From: Psammoneis japonica
Lineage: Eukaryota
Assembly (NCBI GenBank): GCA_008632985.1
Contig: QPGO01000295.1
Span: forward strand, 1 to 64,000
DNA length: 64,000 nucleotides
Reading direction: 5' to 3'
Both the position numbers and the translations under genes were made by a program. Within the stretch, counting starts at the first letter, position 1. Every line of letters begins with the position of its first letter. Under the pieces are notes generated by a model. The model searched no databases. It was not told the origin of the DNA and worked only from the letters and a program-made list of their open reading frames with translations. Shown in pieces: positions 11,601-23,179 of the stretch.

Positions 11601-14226
11601 CACAAGCGCCACTTGATCAAGCCATCCCCGATCATGAACTGGTCAGAAAGGTTAGATCAAGACATGTTGCAGCAATCTTTGGCTGCTGCGAAGAAGTGTC
11701 GGATCCACAGAGAACCAGAGTGGTTGGCAGAATTGTCACAACTGCGGTGTCGGGTGCACATTCTTGGCCAAGTGGTCTCAATGATGTGCACTCGCCTGGA
11801 TCAAGTCAGCCACATCCGTGTCATCCAAGACAAGCTGCAAGGTTCCTTTGTCATCCCGGAAACCCTGGAGGACTGTTTGCGTGAGCTCCGCGCCGCCCAA
11901 GCTGAATGTGGACAAGTTGCTGCCGACAGCGTCATCCACCGCAAAAATGAAATGGCCAAGAAGATTGCTTCACTCGAATTGGAAGGCACCATGGAGTCCA
12001 AACGCAAAGCAAAGATTGCCAGGAATGTCCACAAGGCCAAAGAAACCAAGAAACTTTTCCGCAAGATTGAGTGCTGCAAACTGGATGGCAACAACGGTGT
12101 CAACAGCGTGCATGCACCCCAGAACCCCGCGGTGAATCCAAAAGAGTGTGAGGGCTGGGTTGCCATTGATGCCCCAGACAATGTGGCCTCAGCCATCCGC
12201 CACCGCAACCAATGCCATTTCGGTCAAGCACATGGTGCTCCACCTGCTGTTCCTCCACTGTCCGTTGACCTTGGTTGCAAGGCAGACACGATTTTTGCTG
12301 ATCTCATCTTAGACGGCAAATGCGACACCACCCAACTCAATGAGGCCACACCTCGTTTCACTCAGCACCTCGAACGTTGTTCCCCTGTTGCCGTCTCCTC
12401 TTGTCTCACGGCCAACGATTTGGAGGGTGAGTTGAAGTCATGGAAGGAAGCTGCCTCTGCGTCCATCAGGTTGGGATTGCACCTTGGTCACTGGAAGGCC
12501 ATGTGTGCTTCCCACGCTCATTCACGTGCCAAGACAAAGGACGGAGATCCGACGGATGCCTGCATCTGCCCAGATGATGCACAGCAGACCTTGATGCAAA
12601 TCTGGCTTAATTTGCTCAATTGCGCCTTGTGCTGGGGATGTTCCCATGACCGACAGAGGGACATTGTGAACGTGATGACATTCAAGGAAGCAGGCAATGA
12701 CAAGATTCACCATTTGCATTTCTGAGATTCTCAATTCGGGTGATGGAACATTGTTTTGCAAGCTGTCCTCTGGGAAGCAACTCATGCTGCGACAACTTGG
12801 CTGTCGTCCGCCGTGCATCGAAGTTCGAGACACCGCTGTCAAGCTCCCCAGCTCAGGATTCAGACTCCGCGCTGCTCAACTTTCACCGCAGAAGTCACAC
12901 AGCGAACACCACATCTGCTGATTGGGATGTTGTCAATGAAATCTGCTCATCAATGGAAACGATGGCTTCATCATCTGCTGAGAACACTCCACGCACTTCC
13001 GTCACTGTTCAGTGGGTCAAAGGACACCAAGATTCTAATGCTTCACATGAGACACTTTCTCCACCTGCCAAAGTGCGCCGGACAATGCCACAGAAAGTTC
13101 CAGAGCGACACCCTGCTTGCACCGCAAATGCCTCATTGTTCTGCCAACCTGGCACTGAACAATTCCACAGTGGGGTCCAAGTTCAAGCAGGTGATGCCAT
13201 GCGAAGCGTCTTGCCCAGCACTTGTGCAACACATGAAAGAGAAATGCTCATGGACAGATGAAGCATTTCAGTCTACAGATTGGGCGTCTCACTCCAAACT
13301 CATGTCAAGGAACATCAGACGAAAGGTTGGCACGGTCAAATTGGTTCAAGATTTGCTTCCCACCAACCAGATGGCGCATCGGTGCAACCCAAATCGCCCA
13401 GATGCTTGTGTGCATTGCTCACACCCAATGGAGGATCGTGGCCACATTTTAAAATGTCCTCATGATGAATCATGGCGACGCACTTTCCTTCAGGGCTTGC
13501 GCAAGAAATGCGACGACATCCACACGCCTCCTCCCTTGCAAGATCTTCTCTTGGAAGCCCTCAAAGCTTGGTTTCACGATCAAACAGCATTTCCAGAGGA
13601 CTTGCACCACAGTGTCATTTCGGTGTTCTGTTCCCAAGATCTGATGGGATGGAGGCACCTGTTTGACGGCAGATTTGCCATCCAATGAATTGCAGCACAC
13701 GCTTCGCACCTCAGGAATGTGGTGCTTCCTTCTGATGTGGAGGAGAACATCCAGAGATTGGATTGGTCTGCCACCGTGGGAAGCTTCATTTGGCCCCAAT
13801 GGTGGGAACTGTGGGATCAACATGACGATTCAGCACATGGTCACGATGCCGAGACAAGGAAGTCAGCCCAAAGGAGAGATGCAGAGGCGGAAGTCAAGGC
13901 AATTTGCTCCCGGTCAAATGAATGTCTTGCAAAGGATGGGTCCACTTTGTTCGACTTGGTGGAAGAACACTCAACTCACTCAACTTGAAGATTGCAAAAT
14001 TGGTTGGAGATGGTGAGACCCATGTTTAAATCCAGCATCAAGGAGGCGAAACGGCTTGCAGTGAGGGGCACTCGCACTGTTGCCAGTCACTTCGGTGCGG
14101 CATCACCCGAGGGTGATGCCAGAGCAGGCTGATCGCCACACGCCCCTGCCGCACACATGTGTGCTGGGGGTGTGGGCCAGCTTGTTGCCGGAGTTGCTGG
14201 GCGGAAGCCCAACGGCACTTTAAAAA
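8613..14226 (+). mobile_element. Non-LTR retrotransposon (LINE, Ambal-like), degenerate; ORF1 ~8613-10461, ORF2 ~10660-14130 with most of the RT core deleted
   Basis: APE motifs ADIVGISE, KPGGT, IICGDFN, RLDFML, SDHRAHFVDF; GLHLGHWK; RNase H WVKGHQD; C-terminal CxxC...HILKC zinc finger; 3' end with a GC-rich hairpin and short A-rich tail. Confidence 0.85.
9262..9423 (+). repeat. 81-bp in-frame tandem duplication in LINE ORF1
   Basis: acaacaaaggtctcgctcctcccctg... at 9262 and 9343; peptide NKGLAPPL.AAAF.VEALMEDC.SA occurs twice. Confidence 0.9.
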
Positions 14227-14639
14227 CAGAAGTTGGGTTTTGTTTTGTTTTTGACATTCTGATGGTCATTGTGCCCACACAAAAAACTCAATGCGCATGC
14301 TCTGGTTGTTCCCATCCACGCAACATGCTGTGCAAATTTGCTTGACTGTGGTGCCAATGCTCGCATGTTGCTGAAGCGATTGCCCAGTGAATCAGAACAA
14401 TGGGCAAACTCTTTTTGAGACAGGTCTTGTTCTTGAGATTGGAGCTGCAGCTTGACATCATGGCAGCACCAGCCACCACATGCAAGGGCACTTGAGAGGA
14501 GAGCATCATTTGTTCTGTGCTGCCAGCATTTTCCACAATGTTGGAGGTTGGGGTCAGGGTCAGGAAATCTGCTGTTGTGGTGACCAATCGGCCAACAACC
14601 AGGACTTGAATGTCTTTTGGTGCCAGCATGAGAGCAAAA

Positions 14640-16540
14640 AAAAAAAACATTCATGCTCGCGTCAAAGAGAAGGCAATTGGATGCCATGGTGTTGTTGTTG
14701 GCCACCAAGCATGTCAAAGGCTTGGTCTTGTCTTCAATGTCAAGACTGAGGCTGTCCCATGGGATGATGCTGCCATCCCCAAGCAACCAGAAAGGTCAAC
14801 AGATTGGAGTGACAACATTGACCCCACTGGCGCAGCTTCACCCAATTTTGTGCTGGCTGCCATGCAACATCAGACTCACGCCATTTCAAGCAACAAGTGC
14901 AACAAAAAGAATTGTTGAAAGATGGCATCAGGATGCAATTGTTTGGAGTTGTTTGGCTGGCACCCCAACTCATTTAATGGTGCTCTTGGCGCAGCTTTCC
15001 TGGTCCACTGGCCAAGCTCCAAGTCAAGCCTGGAACCAAGCCTTGTTGTGCCAGAGCTTGTGCCACCCCTCCTCAAGCACTTCACCCTGTTGCAAGGAAA
15101 GAAGTTGATGAGCTTTTGAGAACATTGGCGCTGTTGCTTGTCACGTTGCTTCCAAGCAGGGCATGCCACATTTGTTCCGACCAAAGAAAAATGGTGGCAT
15201 TTGTTTCTTGTCCTGTTTGTGGTGTCCAAACTCATGTCTTGTGTGCCATCCTCATCCAACTCTCCAAACCCTGATGACATGATCTGGAAAATCAAAGGGT
15301 CCACTCATTCCACATGCTTTAATCTCAACCATGGCTGCTGTCATTTTGTTCTCAACCATGAGGCTTTGTGCTGTCTTCCTGCCATGGGGCAAGCAATGCT
15401 GCCCGCAACTGCCACAAGGAGCCATGCCATCAAACAATGTCTTGCCAGCTTTTGTGAACCAACTTGGTGGTGTGCAAGACACCACTGCAGTCTTTGATGT
15501 CCTTCTTTTGTTTTGCAAAATCAACCTTTGCCCAGCATCTTCAACAAAAATTGAGATTGTTCTTCAACATCTTGCCAAGAACAACCTTCGCAGATGCATT
15601 GAAGGAACTTTCCTCACTGCTCCCAAGGTTGACTTTTTAAGACGTCATGTCATGAGGAAGAAATGGTGCCTCAGAAGCAGAGGAGTGTTCTTGTTCTCCA
15701 TTTCTGTCAAAAAAGCAGAGATGCACCATGAAAAAGTGCAGTGAACTGCTGCCACTGGATGTCACATGCAAGCCATGGCAAGTCACACAAGTTGATTTCT
15801 TTGGTCCCTGTGTGTTTGCTGACATCAGCGGCATTGACTGTGCCATCAAGGCCATCTCTGTGTTCAACTTTGCTGCTTGCTGGATTGAAATGTCATCATG
15901 TGGCTCCAAGACCTCCAAGAACATCTGATTGAGTGCTGCTCAATCCACGACCCAAGTCACTTGTTTGTGACAATGGATCAAATTCATGTCTCAGTTCACT
16001 GACTCACTTGACAGCTGTGGAGTTGATCCCAAGCAAGCCTGCAACAGCTGAAAATCTGCAAGCAAACACAATTGTTGAGCATGTCCACCAAGCCATCAGC
16101 GGCTCCATCCAATCAATGGATCTTGGCTCCAGCAGACCTTCTGACATTTCGGCCATTGCTGGCATGCTTCAATCCATTGTGTGTGGGCTCTGCACAGTGC
16201 CTGTCATGCACATCCCTCATGTCTGCTCCGGGTCAGTTGGTCTTCAGCTGTGACATCGTCATTTCCATGACATGTCTGGCCAACTGAAAATTTGTCAACA
16301 AACATCATGCTCAAAACATCCTCCACAACAATGCACATGAAAATGCCAATGTTTGCATTGTGGCTGCAAGGTCAATGACCAAGTCTGTGTGATGACCAAG
16401 GATGTGTTTGACTCAAGTTAAACCCCAAGGTGGGTCCTTTTCACACTGTGTGCACCCACACCAATGGCACATGCAGTCGCCATCCAGTGCTCTCCCAACA
16501 TTGCTGAATGACTCCTGTCCATGTTGTCTTCACCCTGTCT
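14640..16540 (+). mobile_element. Ty3/gypsy LTR retrotransposon remnant (RT and integrase fragments)
   Basis: RT-like FNLNHGCCH (LDLxMGYYH) and FLPWGKQCCPQLPQG; integrase-like PWQVTQVDFFGP, PRPKSLVCDNG, NLQANTIVEHVHQ; RT precedes IN (gypsy order). Confidence 0.75.
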
Positions 16541-16555
16541 TGTCATGGGTGCACG

Positions 16556-16737
16556 CGAGTGAATCTGGATGGAGGGCCATGTCACAACTGGTGATTGGTC
16601 AAGACACATGGCTCGAGTGGTGCTGCAGCAACATGCTCACAATCTAATCAGGTTTAGGTTTGCATTGACAGTGTCGCTGCTTTCTGTTTAGACTTAAGGT
16701 GTCGTGCTTGTTCTTTTGTTGCATCGAGATTTATTCG
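16556..16737 (+). repeat. 5' LTR of copia copy 1
   Basis: Direct repeat of 23173-23354; inverted termini cgagtgaatct...agatttattcg; followed by ctttgtcagagcca (iMet PBS-like TATCAGAGCCA with TA->TG). Confidence 0.88.
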
Positions 16738-17152
16738 CTTTGTCAGAGCCAAGACGAAAAAGACAGAGCGAAATGGTTTTGAGTGCAATTCGTCATGGAC
16801 GATTGTTTGTTGTGTTGTTTGCTTGGAACGTGCAGCTGTAGAAATGGCGCTGAACTGCACGCGATGTGTCAGAATTCGGATTGATGCACACGATGATGCG
16901 TCTCGTGTCGCTTGTTGCAACATCCACAAAAACAGCTTGCAATGGCAATGCTCGCAAAGATGGTCACTGTCCTCACATGTGCAACGGGTGTGAAGGGACT
17001 GCGGTGTTGGGCGACATGCCCAAGCGTGTGCTCAACAATGTTGGTTGACATGAATGACACAGGACTGATCACCCTGGCGTCAGGTGGCTGTGTGAACCCG
17101 TTGTCACAACACAGAGAAAGTGCAGCCATCATGACCATGCAGACTCACAGCT

Positions 17153-18676
17153 GTGTGTTCCCGGCACGGGACCTTTGCACCCTTTCTCCATTGTGGGATG
17201 GCAGCAGCGGCAGCACCAGCACCAGCACTTGCGGCGTCAGCCGCGGCAGCTGACGTTGACACAGTTTTGCAAGTTTGTGGTGTTGCTGACCAGAACGCAA
17301 GGGCGAGGTTGGTCTTCTGTGAAGGGTTCACGACTTTGGAAAACATCGCAGTGATGGAGAGTGATCACGATGTGGAAGACATGGTGCAGAGGGCGTCTCG
17401 TCGCATGGTGGCCGACGGACGTGTGACTCTTGGGGCTGTTCAGATCAAGAGCTTGCAGGCGCTAGCATGGTGGGGCCAGGATTTGCTCAAACGGAATCAG
17501 CCATTGGTTGCGGCAGACTTCAATGCAGGAGCTGTGGCTGCGGCCTGGAATGGTGGGCGTGTCGAAAAGGAGCGCACGGATTCGGACGCGTCGGCAAGCG
17601 GTCTCGTAAAGTTCAAGCCCGATGACTTCGATGTGTGCGAAGATGCTTTCTTGAATCTCTTGGCACAGAAATTTGGCATGTTGAAAGAACCCCTTTGCCA
17701 TGTTGTAAGGACAATGCCAGCTCTGGCTGCATTCACGGATGCTCGACAACAGCGCATGCACCAGATGCCATTGAATGGCGCCACACATGATGAGGACAAC
17801 CGCTTGGTCGACACGGCAGGATGGGCATGGATCGAACCGTTTGACATGACAGAAGACGGACGTGGAGCATTCGACGCATGGGTTGACCATTGCAATGGAC
17901 AGGGCAAGTTGAGCAAGCGCATCCATCTGGCTACGGCAACTGTTGAAACCTTGTTTCACAAAAAGGAAGGATCGCTCCCGTTCGAAAAGTTCAGTGACAA
18001 ACTTGCCGGTGCTTTCGCCACTTTGAACAAATCACCGGACGACCGCAAATCTGAACGACAGAAAGTTGACATTCTTCTAAAAGGGATCCGAGCGGATGAC
18101 ACTCGTCTCATTGCAGCAACGGCTGTCATTGGCAGTCAGCACCCTTGTGACTTCGCGGGGGCATGTGCTTGTTTCTCATCCGAAGTCTCTCGTTTGCATG
18201 CAGGTGCTCAGTTGGAAGCCCGGCATTGCTCGAAGCACAAGATTTCTGAAATGAGCCATGGTGGCGGCGGTGGCTGTGGTTTTTGTCGAGGTCGCGGTCG
18301 CGGAGGAAGATTTGGACGTGGGGGTGGACGCGGACGTGGTGGCCGTCAAGGTGGAGGTGGCGACCACACTGTGATGATCAATGGAGTTGATGCATCCGAC
18401 CCTACAAGGAGCTTTAGCGCTCAAGAATGGGAAAAGTTACAGTGTGATGGAGGCATGAGCTGCGTGTTCCAAGCTCGCGAACGAATGGGTCATCAAGGAC
18501 GCGATGGGGGTGGCAGGCATGCAGCTGAAGCCCAAGTCCATCAAGATGGCCAAGGCCAAACCCAACAACAGGATCAGGAGCAAAGGAGCAGCGGGCATGG
18601 TCGCGGCACTGACCGGGATCGCGGTGGACGCAATGGACGCGCCTTCGGTTGGGGAGCCTGCAATGGTTCCACCTGA
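17153..18676 (+). CDS. gag: Copia gag (hypermutated, no Tyr; the true start is probably the Met of MAAAAAP)
   Basis: 507-aa ORF with DGRGAF...HCNGQG, RGG-rich region and INGVDASDPTRSF.EW motif typical of diatom copia gag. Confidence 0.85.
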   Translation: MCSRHGTFAPFLHCGMAAAAAPAPALAASAAAADVDTVLQVCGVADQNARARLVFCEGFTTLENIAVMESDHDVEDMVQRASRRMVADGRVTLGAVQIKSLQALAWWGQDLLKRNQPLVAADFNAGAVAAAWNGGRVEKERTDSDASASGLVKFKPDDFDVCEDAFLNLLAQKFGMLKEPLCHVVRTMPALAAFTDARQQRMHQMPLNGATHDEDNRLVDTAGWAWIEPFDMTEDGRGAFDAWVDHCNGQGKLSKRIHLATATVETLFHKKEGSLPFEKFSDKLAGAFATLNKSPDDRKSERQKVDILLKGIRADDTRLIAATAVIGSQHPCDFAGACACFSSEVSRLHAGAQLEARHCSKHKISEMSHGGGGGCGFCRGRGRGGRFGRGGGRGRGGRQGGGGDHTVMINGVDASDPTRSFSAQEWEKLQCDGGMSCVFQARERMGHQGRDGGGRHAAEAQVHQDGQGQTQQQDQEQRSSGHGRGTDRDRGGRNGRAFGWGACNGST

Positions 18677-18685
18677 CTCCTTGGG

Positions 18686-21600
18686 GTGGCAACAGCCATT
18701 GGAGCATTGGCGTGTTTGGCGCACTTGTCGTTTTTGCTTGTGTTGCTCTTCTTGCTGTTGACTGAACCCCACCCAACATCTCGTTTCAAAGGAAAGGCGA
18801 CAAAGAGGCACATTGCCATGACATCAAAACGTGTGATCCGATCGACGAGTTCTGCACAGATGACAAATTTGACGACACCTGGGTTCATCACTCGAAATGA
18901 ATGTGACACTCACGCAGACACTTGTTGCGCTGGGGCGAACTGGAAGCTCATGGAGATGACAAATGAAGTGTGCGAGGTGCGCCCATTTCTGGACTCTTGT
19001 GAGCCGATCAAACAGATTCCTGTGGCACGTTGTTGCACCGCATGGACAGATCCGGAAACGACTCGTGAATTTTTGCTGGTTGGTGATCAAATGCTCTGGT
19101 TTGGGACCGACATGGAACACTCACTTTTGAATCCTAACCAACTCAGTGCGCACAACATGCCCGTGCACGACAACCCTTGCGACACCCGAAACGGATTTGG
19201 CATTGAAGCTGACGAAGCTTTCATCCCTTTCAATGCCACGGGGACAATTGTGTCTTTCAAGTCTCGTGTTCCGACGGATTGGGAAGTGCAGAACTTGCCA
19301 GTTGTGCTGTTGACAGGTGACGCATGGGATCCAGCACAGACAGACATGGGCTTGCCGGAGAGCACTAGAGAGCAGGCGGAGATGCGCACCATTCGATCAT
19401 TGACCTCTGGCATGCGACAAGAACAGGTCTCGGAATTAAGGAGCGAGAAGGCAAAGTCCCAAGCAGCACGCTGGGGCGAGGTCGAAATGCAACTGTCGTC
19501 TGCATCTCCTGTCTGTCAACTTCAATCGTTTTGCGACAGGCTTGTCAGCTCTGTGAACGTGGCTTGCACATGTCATGACGACGTGGACAAGAGGCAGATG
19601 GCAGTCAAAGACTTACACAGCAAGGATCGGCACTCGAAGGTTGACGCTGAAGAGCTGGCCCGAAAATGGAGTGTCGGTTTAGAGACGGCAAAAGATGCTC
19701 TCAATGCAACAACTCAGCGCAGTGTGCAAACGGCGACCCAGCCGATGTCACGAAGAGTGAGGGTGGATCATCTTGACTTGCATCGGAAGCGTCTGAAAGG
19801 AACATGGTTTGTGGACACTTTGATGTCCAAGGTGAAGTCTTCACTCGGCAACACGTGTGCCAATGTTTGTGCTCAGGGCAAATTCGTGAAGGTTGTGCCG
19901 ATGACCGCCAGGTCGGAGGCAGGTTTGTCTCTTGTTGAATTCACAGATGACGTGGGTGTGCCAGAACATCTCATGTCAGACGGGGCAGGAGAGTTCACTG
20001 GAAGGAGCACCGAATTTGTGAGACACACACGACTTGTGAGAACACAATTGAGAACATCAGAGCAGGGTTGGAAGAACCAGAACCAGGCAGCGGAGCACGA
20101 AATTGGTTTCTTAGCCAAATGTTGGCGGCTGCAGATGACGAAGAAGAAGGTGCCAAAGCGATTGTGGGATTTTGGTCTTTTTTGCGAGTCGGAATTAGTG
20201 TCGCGCATGGCAAGAGGCAGGGACAAGAGGACTGGATGTGAAGAGGTCACTGGGCAGACACCAGAGACAGGCGAGCATTTGGATTTTGGTTTCTACGACA
20301 TGGTGTGGTGGTGGGACAGGCCCAACAAGCCGAGTGCAACTGACAATCCTCGAAGGCTTGGACGGTGGCTTGGTGTCTCACACAAAGTTGGCTCGGACAT
20401 GTGCTGTTGGATCATTGCGGAAAGCGGGAAGATTGTCTCCAAAACATCGGTCGAGCACGTGACACAGGCTGACATGGTGCAACCGGACATTCGCGTCAAG
20501 GTCGACAACTTCAATGAGCAGCTGGAGAAGCGATTGGACGACACTGACTTTGTCTTAAAAGGCGATGAAGCTGCACCCGCATTCGTGTTGGACGATCTTG
20601 CAATTGACGGCAACCTCGGTGTGGAATGTGAGGAGGGCATCACGCCAGAGGACAAGGAATGTGGCAACATGCTGTCACCCGACGAGCGACCAGACGATGA
20701 CGACGAGCAGGCAATCGATCAACACCTGGGAATGGAACTCATGTTTGACATCGGAGCCGACGGCGAGCGACGTGGTGTTGCAACAAAACGTGCAAGAGGA
20801 CAGGATGGGCGTCCAATTGGGACTCGGCATCAAAACCCATTGTTTGACACTCGCGAATGCGAAGTGGAATGTGCCGATGGAACCACAGACAAGTGCACAG
20901 CCAATGTCATTGCCGAGAACATGTTTGCTCAGGTCGACAGCGAGGGCAACCAGCACTCTATCTTGCACGAGATGCAGGACCACGAGAGGAGTGACGATGC
21001 GGTGTCGATTGCTGACGGCACCGTACGAACCGCTGACGGGAAGGAGAAGAAGAAGATCACAACAAAAGGATGGAAGTCATTGGTCGGATGGAAGGATGGC
21101 AGCTCATCTTGGGTCAAACTCAAAGATCTAAAGGACTCCAACCCCATTGAAGTTGCTGAGCATGCTGTTGCGAACAGGTTGACGGAGGAACCTGCTTTTG
21201 CTTGGTGGGTCACACATGTCCCACGCAAACGGAATCGCATTGCATCCAAGGTCAAGAAGAAGTGCTGGCGCACGACTCACAAGTTTGGGATCCGATTGCC
21301 CAAGTCCACGGAGGATGCTTTGCGGATTGATCAGGAAACGGGGACAGATCATTGGGCTCATGCAATCAACAAGGAGATGGCAAAGGCAAAGGTGGCATGG
21401 CGCGAGCACGAAGCTGAAACCCCTCAAGTCGTCCGGGAAGGCAAGAGCACAACTTTGCGTGGTTGTCAGGAGATCAGGTGCCACATGGCATTTGACATTA
21501 AAATGGATTTCACCAGAAAGGCAAGGTTTGTAGCTGGCGGACACACGACAGAGGCCCCAGCATCGATCACTTGCTCTGGCGTGGTTTCCAGAGACAGTGT

Positions 21601-23179
21601 GCGACTTGGATTCTTGTTGGCAGCCTTGAATGGTGTCGACATTGCGGCGATTGATCTGGAGAATGCTTGTCTCAATGCACCGTGCGCAGAAAAGATGTGG
21701 TTTGAAGGCGGAAAGGAATGCGGCGAGTGCGAAGGAAAGGCACTTGTTGTCACTCGGGCGTCACATGGCTCAAAGAGCTTGGGACACTCTTGGAGGTCTG
21801 CACTGTCATTGGTCTTACGTGACTTGGGCTTTGAATCGACGAGAGCAGACCCAGATGTCTGCTTGCATGCGGCGACTCGTGAGGATGGGCACGAGTGTTG
21901 TGAAATGCTTTTGGTTTGTGTCAATGACACACTGATCATTTCCCATCAAGGGAAGTCCATTGTTGCTGCAGTGGGTGAACACCATGCCGTGAAGCCCGGC
22001 AGCGAAGGAGAACCAGAAGTTCATCTTGGAGCTAACGTTGAGAAGGTTCAGACTCAGGATGGGTGCACAATCTGGGCGAGTTCACCGAGGTCATGTGTCA
22101 AATCGGCGATTGAGACTGTGGAAGGCCTGTTGGATGAAGACGGCAATGGAGAGGTTCTGAAGAACAGTGCAAAGGATCCACTGCCCCCGAAACACAAACC
22201 GGAACTGGGCGTGACGGACGAGTTAGGCCCGGACTTGGTGGACAGGTGTTTGCAGCTGACAGGGATTTGTCGTTGGGCAATCGAGTTGGGTCGCATCGAC
22301 ATCTTGCGTGAGGTTTCAATCCCATCTCAACATCAAGCTAATCCGAGGAAAGGACATCTTGAGGCATTGTGCCACGCATTTGCGTGTGTGAAGAAACACC
22401 AGAACGTCGGACGCATCGGATTTGATCCAAAGGAACCGGTGATTGATGAATCTATTTTCAATTCGAACACAGACTGGACCGAGTTTTACGGGGACGTCGA
22501 GGAGGAACTGCCGCCATGGGCACCGAAGCCTCGTGGCAATCCGGCAAACATCTGTGCATTTGTTGACGCTAACCATGCAGGGAATGTTGTCACTCGCAGG
22601 TCGCATGGCGGGATTCTGACATTCGTCAATGACGCACCAGTGGTGTGGTTCAGCAAGCGGCAGAACACGGTGGAATTGGCAACGTTTGGAAGTGAATTGG
22701 TTGCAATGCGGATTTGTAAGGAATTGATTGTTGCTTTGCGTTGCAAGCTTCGCATGTTTGGGGTTCCCCTTGAAGGACCGGCAAGTGTCTTTTGTGATGA
22801 TCGCGGTGTTGCAAAGAATGCAAGTGCACCCGAGTCGGTTTTGCACAAGAAGCACAATGCCATCAACTGCCATGTTGTGCGAGAAGTGGTTGCAGCGGGA
22901 ATTGTTCGTGTTGGCAAGGAGGATGCGGAAACAAACTTGGCCGATCTACTTGTGAAGGTGGTTGCAGGAGAGCGGCGATGGAAGCTTTGCTCATGTGTTT
23001 TTTGGCAATGTCCCGACACCAAGGCCAGGCACCTGTGGCTCGCGCCCACGTGCAGTGGCCTCCCAAGCCAGCATGTCTGGTGGTTTAATTTGGGTTCTTG
23101 TGGTTTGCCTCTCTGTGAGAGGATGTTGCATGTTTGGACGAATTGGCACTGTCATTGCCGTTTCGCGGGGACCGAGTAA
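18686..23179 (+). CDS. pol: Copia pol (PR-IN-RT-RNaseH), open but catalytically degenerate
   Basis: Protease DTHADTCCAG; integrase SDGAGE and PKRLWDF; RT KARFVAGGH, SRDSVR, NACLNA, LLVCVND (from YVDD); RNase H FVDANHAG, TFGSE, NLADL; IN precedes RT. Confidence 0.93.
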   Translation: MATAIGALACLAHLSFLLVLLFLLLTEPHPTSRFKGKATKRHIAMTSKRVIRSTSSAQMTNLTTPGFITRNECDTHADTCCAGANWKLMEMTNEVCEVRPFLDSCEPIKQIPVARCCTAWTDPETTREFLLVGDQMLWFGTDMEHSLLNPNQLSAHNMPVHDNPCDTRNGFGIEADEAFIPFNATGTIVSFKSRVPTDWEVQNLPVVLLTGDAWDPAQTDMGLPESTREQAEMRTIRSLTSGMRQEQVSELRSEKAKSQAARWGEVEMQLSSASPVCQLQSFCDRLVSSVNVACTCHDDVDKRQMAVKDLHSKDRHSKVDAEELARKWSVGLETAKDALNATTQRSVQTATQPMSRRVRVDHLDLHRKRLKGTWFVDTLMSKVKSSLGNTCANVCAQGKFVKVVPMTARSEAGLSLVEFTDDVGVPEHLMSDGAGEFTGRSTEFVRHTRLVRTQLRTSEQGWKNQNQAAEHEIGFLAKCWRLQMTKKKVPKRLWDFGLFCESELVSRMARGRDKRTGCEEVTGQTPETGEHLDFGFYDMVWWWDRPNKPSATDNPRRLGRWLGVSHKVGSDMCCWIIAESGKIVSKTSVEHVTQADMVQPDIRVKVDNFNEQLEKRLDDTDFVLKGDEAAPAFVLDDLAIDGNLGVECEEGITPEDKECGNMLSPDERPDDDDEQAIDQHLGMELMFDIGADGERRGVATKRARGQDGRPIGTRHQNPLFDTRECEVECADGTTDKCTANVIAENMFAQVDSEGNQHSILHEMQDHERSDDAVSIADGTVRTADGKEKKKITTKGWKSLVGWKDGSSSWVKLKDLKDSNPIEVAEHAVANRLTEEPAFAWWVTHVPRKRNRIASKVKKKCWRTTHKFGIRLPKSTEDALRIDQETGTDHWAHAINKEMAKAKVAWREHEAETPQVVREGKSTTLRGCQEIRCHMAFDIKMDFTRKARFVAGGHTTEAPASITCSGVVSRDSVRLGFLLAALNGVDIAAIDLENACLNAPCAEKMWFEGGKECGECEGKALVVTRASHGSKSLGHSWRSALSLVLRDLGFESTRADPDVCLHAATREDGHECCEMLLVCVNDTLIISHQGKSIVAAVGEHHAVKPGSEGEPEVHLGANVEKVQTQDGCTIWASSPRSCVKSAIETVEGLLDEDGNGEVLKNSAKDPLPPKHKPELGVTDELGPDLVDRCLQLTGICRWAIELGRIDILREVSIPSQHQANPRKGHLEALCHAFACVKKHQNVGRIGFDPKEPVIDESIFNSNTDWTEFYGDVEEELPPWAPKPRGNPANICAFVDANHAGNVVTRRSHGGILTFVNDAPVVWFSKRQNTVELATFGSELVAMRICKELIVALRCKLRMFGVPLEGPASVFCDDRGVAKNASAPESVLHKKHNAINCHVVREVVAAGIVRVGKEDAETNLADLLVKVVAGERRWKLCSCVFWQCPDTKARHLWLAPTCSGLPSQHVWWFNLGSCGLPLCERMLHVWTNWHCHCRFAGTE

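Noticed and set aside
23009..23179. C-terminal extension of copia pol as a new domain
   Set aside because: Better explained by TAA->CAA stop loss reading into the 3' UTR and LTR.
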